Part shown: one piece after another, positions 47,291 through 57,600 of the stretch | Layout of the letters: every line of letters starts with the position of its first letter | How positions within the stretch are numbered: the first letter of the stretch is position 1 | From: Candidatus Latescibacterota bacterium | GTDB taxonomy: Bacteria > Latescibacterota > UBA2968 > GCA-2709665 | NCBI GenBank assembly: GCA_965248435.1 | Contig: OZ252100.1 | Span: 3,712,001 to 3,776,000 of the forward strand | DNA: 64,000 nucleotides | Direction of reading: 5' to 3' | Notes under the pieces: model-generated | The model's database searches: none | What the model was told of the DNA's origin: nothing | Seen by the model: the letters and a program-made list of their open reading frames with translations, nothing else | Position numbers and translations under genes: made by a program

Positions 47291-48100
47291 ATGCTTACCC
47301 AGGAACAGATTACTCACTTCGAGACGTTCGGCTTCATCGTCCTGCGGGGCCTGTTTTCATCCGAGGAGATGGAGGCGATCAGAGAGGAGTTCAACGAAGT
47401 CCTGGATGAAGACCGGCAGGGCGAGCCGTTCAAGGGGGATCATCGGCAGCAGGTGATCGGCTGTATCGAGATGCGGCCGGCGATGATGGGGATCGTAGAT
47501 GACGACCGGATCTACGAGCCGCTCGAACAGCTGCTGGGCCCGGATTTCATCTTCTGGGGATCGGACGGCGACCTGTTCGTGGGCGACAAGGTCTACCACC
47601 CGGATGGATCGCCCAGGAATCAGGCGGAATTCGAATACATGCGAATCAAGGTCGGGTTCTACCTGGATCCACTGCGGAAGGATACGGGTTGTCTGCGAGT
47701 GGTCCCCGGCTCCCACAGGAAGCCGCTTCACGACGCGCTGATGCCACAGCTCCACCGACCGAAGGGGAGCGCCTCGCCGTTTGGCGTCGAAGGTCGTGAC
47801 CTGCCCGCCTTTCCCTTGGAGACCGAGCCGGAGGACGTGATCTTTTTCGACCAGAATACGTGGCACGGGTCGTTCGGCGGAGGCACCGGTCGGCGCATGC
47901 TGGCCCTGAGCTATTTCGCCGATCCCACGACAGAGGACCACATTGAATACCTGCGATGGAATTACGAGAACGCGTTCGATCATATCCGGGGGTCGTCTTT
48001 CACGCAGAAGGACTACGTACACGAAGCGGCGTTTCTGGAGAGCGATCGACCGCGCATCAAGAGTATGATGGCGAAGCAGAAGGAGCTTGGGTTCAAGTAA
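47291..48100 (+). CDS. PhyH family dioxygenase
   Basis: HFETFGF, HPD, LRVVPGSH, WHG. Confidence 0.9.
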   Translation: MLTQEQITHFETFGFIVLRGLFSSEEMEAIREEFNEVLDEDRQGEPFKGDHRQQVIGCIEMRPAMMGIVDDDRIYEPLEQLLGPDFIFWGSDGDLFVGDKVYHPDGSPRNQAEFEYMRIKVGFYLDPLRKDTGCLRVVPGSHRKPLHDALMPQLHRPKGSASPFGVEGRDLPAFPLETEPEDVIFFDQNTWHGSFGGGTGRRMLALSYFADPTTEDHIEYLRWNYENAFDHIRGSSFTQKDYVHEAAFLESDRPRIKSMMAKQKELGFK

Positions 48101-48107
48101 GTTGATC

Positions 48108-48190
48108 GGGTACCGGGAAAGCAAAACACGGGTACCGGGGGTTCGGGTATCGTTTGTAACCGTAGAGACGCCCCGCCGGGGCGTCTCTAC
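48108..48190 (+). repeat. Short GGGTACC-arm repeat (48108..48140) plus GTAG REP palindrome (48162..48190)
   Basis: cgggtaccgggaaagcaaaacacgggtaccggg; gtagagacgccccgccggggcgtctctac. Confidence 0.85.
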
Positions 48191-48202
48191 AAGCATGGAG
48201 GA

Positions 48203-49150
48203 ATGGCCGTTATGTTGACACAGGAGCAACTCGCGCACTACAGGACGTTCGGATTTGTGATCCTGAAGGGTTTGTTCACGCAGGAAGAGGTGGAGGTGAT
48301 AAACGCCGAGTTCGAGCGCGCGGCTGAGCGCGTTTCGACCTATGACAAATTCGACGGCAGCAAGCGGCAGGGGTTCTATTTCCGGGTCCAGGACGGGCCC
48401 TTTCTTGCAGGGCTATCGGAAGACCCGAGGTTCGTGGGCGCGGCCGAGCAGATGTTCGGAGAGGATGTCTTTGCCATCGGGCCGTGCAGCGTGATGCGTT
48501 TCGTAAACCCCGGGACCAAGTGGCATCCAGACACGGTTAACATCAACCAGTCTGGCGTGAGCTTCCTGTTCTATCTCCAGCCGGTCCGGTCGGACAGGGG
48601 CGCGCTTCGCGTGATTCCGGGTTCGCACATGAACCCCTGGCACGACGAGCTGCGGGACGTGAGGGCGAAACAGAAACTGGGAGGTGAGCACCCGATCAAA
48701 CGGGCGCTCGGGGGTGTGCCGGGTATCCCCGCTTACGCTTGCGAGGCGGATCCTGGCGATGCCGTGGCCTTTGACGTTCGGCTCTGGCACGCCAGCTGGG
48801 GCGGTTTCGTAGACCGGAGGATGTGTCGCGTCGGGTTCTACAAGTACCCGGAGACGGACGCGGAGTTGGAGGCCACCCGCTGGCAGCTGATCATCAACGA
48901 ACCGAAGGAGAACGCGGCGTGGGACGATCCCGATGTCTTCCCTGGGAGCTGGCATTCTAACCCGGACACGAACCCCAAGCGGGCACGTTGGCTTGAGCAG
49001 ATGCAGGAGATCAAGGGGGCAAAAACGAGCCTGCGGGCGGAGATGACCGGTATGGACAGCACGCTTGTTCCGGATTCCGATCAGGCGATCTACACCAAGG
49101 ATCAGATCGAGGAAGCGGTGGCTAATGTGCCTATCTATAGAGAATCGTGA
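48203..49150 (+). CDS. PhyH family dioxygenase
   Basis: HYRTFGF, WHPD, LRVIPGSH, WHA. Confidence 0.9.
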   Translation: MAVMLTQEQLAHYRTFGFVILKGLFTQEEVEVINAEFERAAERVSTYDKFDGSKRQGFYFRVQDGPFLAGLSEDPRFVGAAEQMFGEDVFAIGPCSVMRFVNPGTKWHPDTVNINQSGVSFLFYLQPVRSDRGALRVIPGSHMNPWHDELRDVRAKQKLGGEHPIKRALGGVPGIPAYACEADPGDAVAFDVRLWHASWGGFVDRRMCRVGFYKYPETDAELEATRWQLIINEPKENAAWDDPDVFPGSWHSNPDTNPKRARWLEQMQEIKGAKTSLRAEMTGMDSTLVPDSDQAIYTKDQIEEAVANVPIYRES

Positions 49151-49155
49151 ATCGC

Positions 49156-49294
49156 GGGTACCGGGAAATCAAAACACGGGTACCGGGTACCGCAAAACCG
49201 TGGATCGTCGTTCGTGGATCGTCGTTCGTCATATCATAAGTCAGGGACCGGATAGCCTGATTCATTGCCCCGAGATACGAGATACGAGATACGA
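49156..49294 (+). repeat. Composite spacer: GGGTACC arm, CGTGGATCGTCGTT x2, CGAGATA x3
   Basis: Read directly from the sequence; last heptamer abuts the ATG at 49294. Confidence 0.8.
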
Positions 49295-50070
49295 TGAAAC
49301 GTCTCAAGGATAAGGTTGCTCTGATTACCGGCGGCGGTGCCGGCATCGGACAGGCCACCGCGATGGCCTTCGCGAGGGAAGGGGCGAGGGTGGTTGTGGT
49401 GGACGTCGATGCGGAGAGCGGTTCGAAGGTGGCCGAACAGATCCAGGGGCAGGGTGGGAACGCGCTGGCTGTAGAGGGGGATGTGACAGCCGAGGCGGAT
49501 GTTCAACGGGCCGTGGAGGCGACACGGTCCGAGTACGGGCGAGTGGATGTGCTGGACAACAACGCGGGGATGTGTGTGCTCAAGCCTCTCCTGGAGACGA
49601 CCGAGGCGGATTTCGATCGCGTGATGAAGCTGAATGTCCTGGCGATCCTGCTCGTGTGTAAGCAAGCGATTCCGCTGATGATCGAGGGCGGGGGCGGCGC
49701 GATCATCAACATCGCCTCACTCACTGCACTGCGCGTTCGTCCCGACATGCCCCTTTACGCGGCCTCGAAGGGGGCTGTTACCGCGCTCACCCGGTCGCTG
49801 GCGATCGACTTCGCCAAGGATGGGATTCGCGCCAACGCGATCTGCCCGATCGCGACCGATACCCCGATGCTTGAGCGCTATTACGCGTCGACCGAAGACG
49901 GGGAAGCCAAACGCAGCGCGAACGCCGCTGCCATCCCCCTCGGGCGGCTCGGTCGGCCTGAAGATACCGCCGAGCTGGCGGTCTACCTCGCTTCTGATGA
50001 GTCTCAATACGTCAGCGGTCAGACGATCGCCGTTGATGGCGGATCCACGGCGGGGACGACGCTGACCTAA
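49294..50070 (+). CDS. SDR family oxidoreductase
   Basis: TGGGAGIG, NNAG, YAASK. Confidence 0.93.
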   Translation: MKRLKDKVALITGGGAGIGQATAMAFAREGARVVVVDVDAESGSKVAEQIQGQGGNALAVEGDVTAEADVQRAVEATRSEYGRVDVLDNNAGMCVLKPLLETTEADFDRVMKLNVLAILLVCKQAIPLMIEGGGGAIINIASLTALRVRPDMPLYAASKGAVTALTRSLAIDFAKDGIRANAICPIATDTPMLERYYASTEDGEAKRSANAAAIPLGRLGRPEDTAELAVYLASDESQYVSGQTIAVDGGSTAGTTLT

Positions 50071-50102
50071 GGGTTGGTAGAGAAGGACACCGTGATCAGA
50101 TT

Positions 50103-50178
50103 GATCGCCGTCTGGAGACGGCTCCTACCGAATGAACCTGAAAATTGTATCTGGTAGGAGCCAACTCCTGTTGGCGAA
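50103..50178. repeat. Divergent pair of GTAGGAGC REPs
   Basis: 50103..50128 (-) GTAGGAGCCGTCTCCAGACGGCGATC; 50154..50178 (+) GTAGGAGCCAACTCCTGTTGGCGAA. Confidence 0.8.
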
Positions 50179-50267
50179 CAAGTGGATGACGGTGTGGTGC
50201 TCACCGTTATAGTGGCCAAACTCCCGTTGATCGACCTAGCAGCCAACTGCAGCCGAACTGTCGGTGG

Positions 50268-50847
50268 CACATATTTTGCCCGGTTCCACAGCGTGGAAAT
50301 GAATTTCCACGCTGGAACAGCGCGAAGTCCGGACGAGCCGGACTGTTCATGGAACCATCGTTTTAATGTCAAAGGCTCACACAAAACTATTTTTTCACCT
50401 AACATGGGCGACCTGGAGACGCCATCCATTCGTTGTTGAGGACGTCCAGGAGAGGCTCTATAGATACGTTGTTCGTAAATGCGAGGAATACGGTTATCAG
50501 CTCTTTGCGGTAAACGGGATGGAGGATCACCTGCATATCGTCATAAGGTTGCAGCCTTATGTATCCGTATCCGAAGCAGTTCGCAAACTGAAAGGGTCCA
50601 CGTCTCATTTCTGTAATCGCCAGTTGGGTCTTGAAACAATTTTCAGATGGCAACAGGGATATGGTGCACTAACTTTCGGAAAGCAGGATCTCAAGAAGGT
50701 CGTCGCCTACGTTCAGAGGCAGAAGCAACACCACAGGAAAGACGAGATCGATCTCGCTATTGAAAGTATCGATTTAGAATAGCCTACAATGAGTCCGACC
50801 CGGGAGGACTTCCCGCCTTTGGCGCGCGGGAATTCATTCCCGCGCTG
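50268..50847 (+). mobile_element. IS200-like element with palindromic ends
   Basis: Left CAGCGTGGAAAT-ga-ATTTCCACGCTG; right GCGCGGGAAT-tc-ATTCCCGCGC; encloses tnpA. Confidence 0.8.
50366..50782 (+). CDS. tnpA: IS200/IS605 family transposase
   Basis: HLTWAT, EDHLH, KLKGSTS, WQQGY, YVQRQ. Confidence 0.92.
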   Translation: MSKAHTKLFFHLTWATWRRHPFVVEDVQERLYRYVVRKCEEYGYQLFAVNGMEDHLHIVIRLQPYVSVSEAVRKLKGSTSHFCNRQLGLETIFRWQQGYGALTFGKQDLKKVVAYVQRQKQHHRKDEIDLAIESIDLE

Positions 50848-50858
50848 AATTGCCCAAT

Positions 50859-50890
50859 AAAAAAGCCCACCCCGGTGGGCTTTACTTTTT
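50859..50890. terminator. Bidirectional intrinsic terminator
   Basis: aaaaaagcccac-cccg-gtgggctttacttttt. Confidence 0.75.
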
Positions 50891-50960
50891 CCAGCATTTC
50901 GATAGCTTTATTAAGAGAAATCAAGGTTTGCACAAGCCGGTGCAACACCGTGGGAATCCC

Positions 50961-52199
50961 ATGATCTTCCCGAAATCCCTCCTTCTACTCCCGATTCTGG
51001 CCTCTCTATACATTATGTCGTGCGGCAAGTCTGCCGACCTCGTGACGCCGGAGGAGGAATCCACCGGCCCGCTCCTGACGGAACTGGATCCGATCGCCCC
51101 TTCAGAGGGCAAATCGACGTTCGAGGGGATCGTCCCAATTGTCCAGGGTAAGTCTGAAGCGCTCAAAGTCGGGAGGATGAACGGGATCGTGCTGAGATCT
51201 CTGCTCCGCTTCCGGATGCCCGCCGATTCCCTGGCTCGCGCATCGGGCGGAGCCAACGCTCACGATCTTGTAATGATATCGCTCCAGATTCATCTCCGGA
51301 CCCACGCGGATGGTGGCGGTCGCGGCACCCCGGACCTGCAGGTCAGCCGCCCAGAAGGGGTCTGGGATGAAACAAGCAGTTTTGTGAGCGACCAGGATCC
51401 AACCACGCACGCTGAAATTCCAACTTCTGTGATCAGCCCAGCCGCTGTGACAGACTACGGAGACGGCAGCCTCACCGTCGACCTTCCCAGAGTGGTTCTG
51501 GACGACGCGCTGGATGCCGATGCGATCGCGCCCCTTGTTGAGGTGATGCTGCACCCGGCAGCCGGAGCGGAGTTTCTGACCGTGCTCACGTCGTCAGATG
51601 CCTCCGGGACGGAAACAGATGAGCTGCGCCCAAGGCTCGAGTTCGTGTTTACAGTTGGAGGAGAGGAACACCGCTTTGAGACCGATTCGGTGGAAGATAC
51701 TTACTGGGGTGCGCGCACAGACGACAGTGCAGAAACCGATCAGCTGATGGTGGCCTCCGACATACGATATGGATCTATCCTACGCTTTGATGTTCCAAAC
51801 CTGAATCTACGGGTCGTCCTTGCCGCGGCCCTGGAGTTTGAAGTGGACCCGGAGCTTTCCTTCTTCAACGCCTTTCCGTTTCAGATCGACCGCGTGGACG
51901 GCGTGGAAGCATCGGGGGTGTTCAGTTACACGACATACGACAGCAGCCGATTCTCGGCGGAGGGCCATACCGGAACCGTTCTCCTTGCTCTGGATCGGAC
52001 ACTGGTGAACGGATGGACGACCGGGGCCATACCGAATCACGGTGTGGCGTTGAGACCCCGGGATGACGCACAGCTGGCCTGGGTAGTGATCCGGAATCCG
52101 AGGCTCAAGGTGGTCTATGTGCTTCAGGATCAAGTCGGCGTCGTGAGTGTGCCGACGGGATTTGGTGCGGATGACGACGATTTCTCTGACGCCGGTTAA
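50961..52199 (+). CDS. Hypothetical lipoprotein, possibly two related (DNRLRE-like) domains
   Basis: Signal peptide with IMS-C lipobox; repeated SLLRF/SILRF and RPRLEF/NPRLKV; NHGVAL. Confidence 0.65.
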   Translation: MIFPKSLLLLPILASLYIMSCGKSADLVTPEEESTGPLLTELDPIAPSEGKSTFEGIVPIVQGKSEALKVGRMNGIVLRSLLRFRMPADSLARASGGANAHDLVMISLQIHLRTHADGGGRGTPDLQVSRPEGVWDETSSFVSDQDPTTHAEIPTSVISPAAVTDYGDGSLTVDLPRVVLDDALDADAIAPLVEVMLHPAAGAEFLTVLTSSDASGTETDELRPRLEFVFTVGGEEHRFETDSVEDTYWGARTDDSAETDQLMVASDIRYGSILRFDVPNLNLRVVLAAALEFEVDPELSFFNAFPFQIDRVDGVEASGVFSYTTYDSSRFSAEGHTGTVLLALDRTLVNGWTTGAIPNHGVALRPRDDAQLAWVVIRNPRLKVVYVLQDQVGVVSVPTGFGADDDDFSDAG

Positions 52200-52225
52200 A
52201 GGCCGCAGTTCGTCGATCGAAAAGA

Positions 52226-52264
52226 CCGGGTACCGGGAAACCAAAACACGGGTACCGGGTACCG
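52226..52264 (+). repeat. Short GGGTACC-arm repeat
   Basis: ccgggtaccgggaaaccaaaacacgggtaccgggtaccg. Confidence 0.85.
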
Positions 52265-52448
52265 TAAACCCCGTCGTTCGTCCTTCGCGAAATATGGCGT
52301 TGGCTGGCCCGCTTACCTAACCGGCAAATAGGCATCACGTTGACGTGACACTTCTCTGAATCTGCAAACTGTCTTGAGCTTTCCCAGAAATTAGGTAACC
52401 AATAACAAATAAAGTAAGTTATGAATTTTCCCGAGGTGAGTGGCCTTT

Positions 52449-52465
52449 TGGGTACGGATCTTGCA
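52449..52465 (+). promoter_or_regulatory. Possible sigma-54 promoter
   Basis: GG-TACGGATCTT-GC-A with exact -24/-12 spacing in an AT-rich spacer. Confidence 0.4.
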
Positions 52466-52552
52466 ATTCATTTAATGAATATCAAAATAAGTGAATATCT
52501 TTAAGGGGTTGAGGGCGGGAAGGCAGGAAATCACACCCAGGTAGATCTGAAA

Positions 52553-53746
52553 ATGAAGAGGGTTCTTTATACAGCGGTTCTTGCGGTTTCTGGATTCTCG
52601 CTGTTCGGCTGCGGCGGAGATTCTGCGACGAATTCAGGAAATTCTGGCGCTCCGACCGGCGGCGGGGGTCCCAGCGGTGCTGCTCCGGCGCCGTTCGACG
52701 CGGGGGTAGGTTCGTCGGCCGCGGGTGGACAAAACTTCCTGGATGTCCCCTCGTTTCCTCTGGACCAGATTGAGGAAATCACTTCCAGAGACGGGATCCC
52801 GGCGCTGACCGATCCACCTTTTGTCGATCCCGGCCACGAAGGGGCCGCTTACCTCGAAGACAGCGACCTGGTCCTGGGTTTGCGGATCGGCCCAGTGGCC
52901 AAGGCCTATCCGCACAACATCGGATGGTGGCACGAGATCGTGAACGATATCGTAGGTGGTTCCCTTGTGGTGACCTTCTGTCCACTGACAGGCACCGGAA
53001 TGGTGTTCCGCGATGGGAATGGAGAACTCGGAGGGAGGTTCACGGCAGGGGTGTCCGGTTTGCTCTTCAACAACAATCTGATCATGTACGACCGTCGCGA
53101 TGAAGAGACGCTCTATCCGCAGATGACCTTCTCTGGGATAAAGGGCAGCAACTACAGGGAATCCCTCGTGCTGATGCCTGTCATCGAGACCACCTGGGGT
53201 TACTGGAAGCGGCTGCACCCGAACACGACCGTGGTGAGCTCATTGAACGGCGAATACACGCCGGATATGTATTTGCATTACCCGTATGGTGACTACAGAG
53301 AGCTGGATACATTGCCCATCTTCTCCGTGTTCCCGCGCCTGGATTCTAACCCGATGGCAGAACGGTTCGAACCCAAATCCAGGGTCCTCGGCGTCCGGTT
53401 CGGTTCGCAGGCCAAGGCCTACCCCTTCGAAAACTTGGAAAACGAAGCGGTGATCAACGACAATGTGGCCGGACAAGACATCGTCGTCGTGTATTACGGC
53501 GCGGAACAGCTGGCTATTGCCTACTTTCGGTGGATGGATCAGACGCTGACGTTCGACAGGGTGGCGTCGAACGACCCGGTTTATCCCTTTATGCTCAAGG
53601 ACAAGGAGACCGGGACGGTCTGGAACCTGATGGGCGAGGCGATTGAGGGGCAACTCGAGGGCAGGGAATTAGCTCAGGTTCCGGCGCACAACGCCTTCTG
53701 GTTCGCCTGGGCCACCTTCTGGCGCGACACGGAGATCTTTCAGTAG
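52553..53746 (+). CDS. DUF3179 domain lipoprotein
   Basis: LFG-C lipobox; DGIPAL, AYP..I..WHEIVND, TFCPLTGT, SGLL, FWFAW. Confidence 0.88.
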   Translation: MKRVLYTAVLAVSGFSLFGCGGDSATNSGNSGAPTGGGGPSGAAPAPFDAGVGSSAAGGQNFLDVPSFPLDQIEEITSRDGIPALTDPPFVDPGHEGAAYLEDSDLVLGLRIGPVAKAYPHNIGWWHEIVNDIVGGSLVVTFCPLTGTGMVFRDGNGELGGRFTAGVSGLLFNNNLIMYDRRDEETLYPQMTFSGIKGSNYRESLVLMPVIETTWGYWKRLHPNTTVVSSLNGEYTPDMYLHYPYGDYRELDTLPIFSVFPRLDSNPMAERFEPKSRVLGVRFGSQAKAYPFENLENEAVINDNVAGQDIVVVYYGAEQLAIAYFRWMDQTLTFDRVASNDPVYPFMLKDKETGTVWNLMGEAIEGQLEGRELAQVPAHNAFWFAWATFWRDTEIFQ

Positions 53747-53757
53747 ATCGTAATGCC

Positions 53758-53839
53758 GTCGTTCGTCGCTCGTCGCTCGTCGTTCGCAAACCAAAAGCAA
53801 ATCTTACCGCAGAGGCGCAGAGGCGAAGAGGACGCAGAG
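53758..53839 (+). repeat. CGTCG(T/C)T heptamer x4 followed by CGCAGAGG-type 8-9-mer array
   Basis: cgtcgttcgtcgctcgtcgctcgtcgttcg; cgcagaggcgcagaggcgaagaggacgcagag. Confidence 0.75.
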
Positions 53840-53844
53840 GAAAA

Positions 53845-53937
53845 CCGGGTACCGGGATAGGTAGATAGGTTACAGAGACCTGACGGTTTGGGGGCGACGC
53901 CTGCGTCGCCCCGAGAAACCAAAACACGGGTATCGGG
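53845..53937 (+). repeat. 93-bp composite GGGTACC-arm repeat, copy D
   Basis: Two mismatches to copy A. Confidence 0.92.
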
Positions 53938-54158
53938 GAAAAGAAGCAATAATCAATATCCAGTGTCCAATAATCAAGCGTGACGAAACGAAGTGGTTCA
54001 CCTTCGTGGGGAATCACCCATAGATACGAGATACGGATTCACCCTCCGCGGCCCTGATGGCTTTCGGCGAAGCATTTGGCGAGTTCAGGGACGCCGGCAA
54101 CTGGCGACTTCTACAGATTGAGCATAGTACCCTAACCCCAACATTCGGCGAAGAACCT

Positions 54159-54188
54159 AAAAAGAGGCCCTACATATGGGCCTTTTTT
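54159..54188. terminator. Intrinsic terminator
   Basis: aaaaagaggccc-tacatat-gggcctttttt. Confidence 0.7.
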
Positions 54189-54393
54189 GCATGCCTCGTG
54201 CCCTCATCTCGATGACCCTTCATCTCATTCCGCATAAAATTATATTTTTCAAATAGTTAGATCAATACGCCCTATCCATAACGGTCCTAAGACCCAAAGA
54301 AGGCTCAAGTCATTTATTTACAAATCGTTATGTCTGAAAAATCAGACGGCTTGATATGCGTGTGATTTTTTTCATCGAAAATGGCGAATTTTC

Positions 54394-54423
54394 TTGACAT
54401 GAGGCGTGCATCCTGCGTAATTT
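54394..54423 (+). promoter_or_regulatory. Possible sigma-70 promoter of the TBDR operon
   Basis: TTGACA, 18-nt spacer, TAATTT; AT-rich upstream tract. Confidence 0.45.
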
Positions 54424-54651
54424 TATAAATCTCAGCCGGGGGTTATTTCTTTAATCCACGCTTTCTTATGCTAGTAGTTCCTCACATTCAAGATTTTTCA
54501 AGGAGGTGATGCCTAGTTGAGCGGCGCTTATGAGTTTTTCAGGGCAAAACGGTTGTTGCGATTTGCCGTTGTTGTTCCACTTGCCGAAGATCGATGAGGG
54601 CAATCGCAACTGTCGCGCAGTTTCTACCGGGATAGATTTAGGAGGTAATAC

Positions 54652-57600
54652 ATGAAGTACCTACTAAGTTTCTTTTGCTTACTGTTGGCCGGGCTGATGA
54701 TCGCGTTCAGTCCGGACAACGTGATGGCAAGCACGTTCGGTAAGGTCCAGGGCGTGGTCGTCGACGCGGACGGCAATCCGCTTCCGGGGGCCAACGTCGT
54801 GGTCGAGGGCACCCAGCGCGGCGCCACGACCGATGCCGAGGGTTACTACCTAATCCTGGCAGTGGATCCTGGCCGGCATCGCGTCACGGCATCGATGGTC
54901 GGGTATACCACCTGGACGCAGGAAGCGGTATCGGTGCAGTCGGACTTCACGGCCAAGCTGGACTTCACGCTGGCGGAGGCTGCGCTGGAGGCCGCCGAGA
55001 TGGTGGTGACGGCACGGCGTCCTGCGGTGGAGCCGGACAAGACGACGAGCCGTTACGTTGTGGATATCTTCGACATTCAGAGCGTGCCGCTGGCGCGGGA
55101 CACCGATGACCTGCTGGAGCTGCAGCCGGGTGTGTCGGTGGACGGCAACGTGCGCCTCCGGGGCAGCGACACCGCAGAGACCAACTCCGCGCCTCAGCAG
55201 TATTACGAGGTGGACGGAGTCAAGATGCTCAACGACGACACCTACCTCGACTACCAGCAGTGGATCCCGCTGAACAAGGGCGCACTGCAGGAGGTGGTGG
55301 TGACCGTAGGCGGGATGGACGCCGAGTACGGTGGCGCCTCTGGCGGCGTGATCAGCATGGTCACCAGGGAGTCCGGATCCAGGTTCGGTGGCCAGGTCGA
55401 ATACCGGTTGCAGCCGCCGGGCGTCAAACACTTTGGACCCAACGTCTACGACAGCGGCTGGCTCAAGCGTTACATCGGGCTGGCCAACCCCTGGTCCGAC
55501 TCGGAGTTTACGTCGAGCCACAGCCGGACCGACTACGACGAGAAGATAGGTCACTGGATCGAGGGTTCGATTCACGGCCCGCTGTCCGAGAACGCCGGGT
55601 TCTTCGTGAATGCCAAGACCGACCGGACGGCGCCCGTCACCCCCAACGCCAACATGGGTCCGCCGGACAACTTCTCGGGGATGGGGAGCTTAACCTTCCG
55701 CACGGGCGGCACAATGAAGTTCAAGTTGGGCGGTATTTATTCCACCCGCGACCAGTATGATGGGGACCAGTTGGGCTATTTCCGCAGGGGTCCCTTCATT
55801 GGTAAACGTTTTTATTTTGGGGGGGGAACAAACGCCACGGATGCCTCCGCCATGTTCCTGCCGGAGGGGTTTGCTTCCCACGGCGTGCATACCTTCAAGG
55901 AGAGTGCCCTCTATTTGACGGCCACGCATACGATCTCGCCGAAGACCTTCTACGACATCCGGGTCTCCTGGCAGAATTCGAGGACCACTACCGACGTTGC
56001 CGCTGCGGAGGGCTCGTCGGAGACGAAATCCAGGGATTCCTACGGGTTTACCCAGCAATACAGTGTCTATTCGCTTATGGATCACGATCGCAAACGCATC
56101 TCGTTAAAGGCGGACGTGACGAGCCAGGTGGCCAAGCAGATCCTGGCTAAGGTCGGGCTGGAGGCCTACCGTTATGACCTGCTGGCGTTTGAATATCACG
56201 ACCTGAGGCCGGGTGGGACTGAGCGGCGGATCCGCATGGCCGGCAAGGGCAACATATACGATGGATGGGAGCCCTTCAACCCGAAGCAGGTCGGGGCCTA
56301 CGTCCAGACCAAGATGGAGTTCGAGGGCCTGGTGATCAACGCGGGCGTCCGGGCGGACGCCCTGCACGCGGGTGACATCTGGGTGCAGGACGGCCAGCAG
56401 TGGTGGCACTGGTGGCGGATGCGGCGCTTCGAGAACGTGCCGTTCCGGTCGACCAAATGGATCACGAACTTGAGCCCACGGCTCGGCATCTCGCACCCGA
56501 TTACGGAGCGCTCCACGGTCCGATTCTACTCCGGCGTGCTCCACGAGATGCCCTCCAAGCAGTTCCTCTACGACCGCGGGTTCAGGTCGCGCACAGTAGA
56601 CACCGATGTGAACGGCAACGGGCAGATCGACCAGACGGAACTCGGCAACTCGCTCGAGCAGCCGCACAATCAGCGGTATGCCACGACGGACCTCGACCCG
56701 CAGCGCACGGTCACGTTCGAAGCCGGGGTAGACTGGAACTTCGCCGGCGACTATGTGCTCAGCTCCACGGCCTACTTCAAGGACCTGGAGGGGCAGATCA
56801 TGCAGCGGCGGTATTACTGGGTGGCCAACACCGACCTGTGGCCGGACGGCGTGACGAAGGACAACTCCTTCCGGTCGGGCAACATCTCGACGGTGAAGAC
56901 CTCCCGCGGGTTCGAGCTTTCGTTCAAGAAGATGTTCAGCCAGATGACCTCGTTCAACCTGTCCTGGAACACGCAGTGGCTGAAGGCGGGTCAGGGGACG
57001 TGGACGGTGGTCTTCTTCCACGACCCGGCCTTCGTGGATGGCCCGGACTTTTTCCTGGGCGTAGACTCGAATTCCGACGGAACGGAGACGCCCAGGGTCC
57101 CGACGGCGGCGGAACGGGCCGACTACAAGGCTCGCGCACAGGCGAATTTCGACGCGCACCTCGCCAATGTGGGCGCGGACAACGGGCCCCAGGGCTACGT
57201 GCTGCAGCCGTTGCGGGTCGAGGGGTATAACCAGACGTTTGCGAGCCATCGGGCTGTCTACCGGCTTCCGACCCCGACGAACGGGATCGACCGACGCAAC
57301 TACGCGGCGCTTCAGTTCCTGTTCTCGGCCCCGGCAGATTATGAATTCAAGGCCCTGGCCGGGAGCCGTGTGACGATGCTCTACCGGATCCAGGGCGGCA
57401 CGCCCTATAATTACACGCCGCCTGACGCACCGACGCAGCTTCGCAACTCGCCGATCAACACGGTGACCGACCTGAACCTGGAGAAGGACTTCAGCTTCGG
57501 CCAGTCCGGGACGGCCACGGCCTTCGTGGAGATCCGGAACCTGTTCAACCAGAAGGACGAGCTGCCGAGGACGGCCAACTACGTCCGCTACGGGCTGTCG

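Noticed and set aside
50850-50960. Upstream start extensions in the ORF track (also 18184, 21312, 31926)
   Set aside because: Downstream ATGs fit RBS, signal peptide or family N-termini better; this extension crosses a terminator.
52553-53746. DUF3179 as a selenoprotein
   Set aside because: No in-frame UGA; the motif is CPLT.
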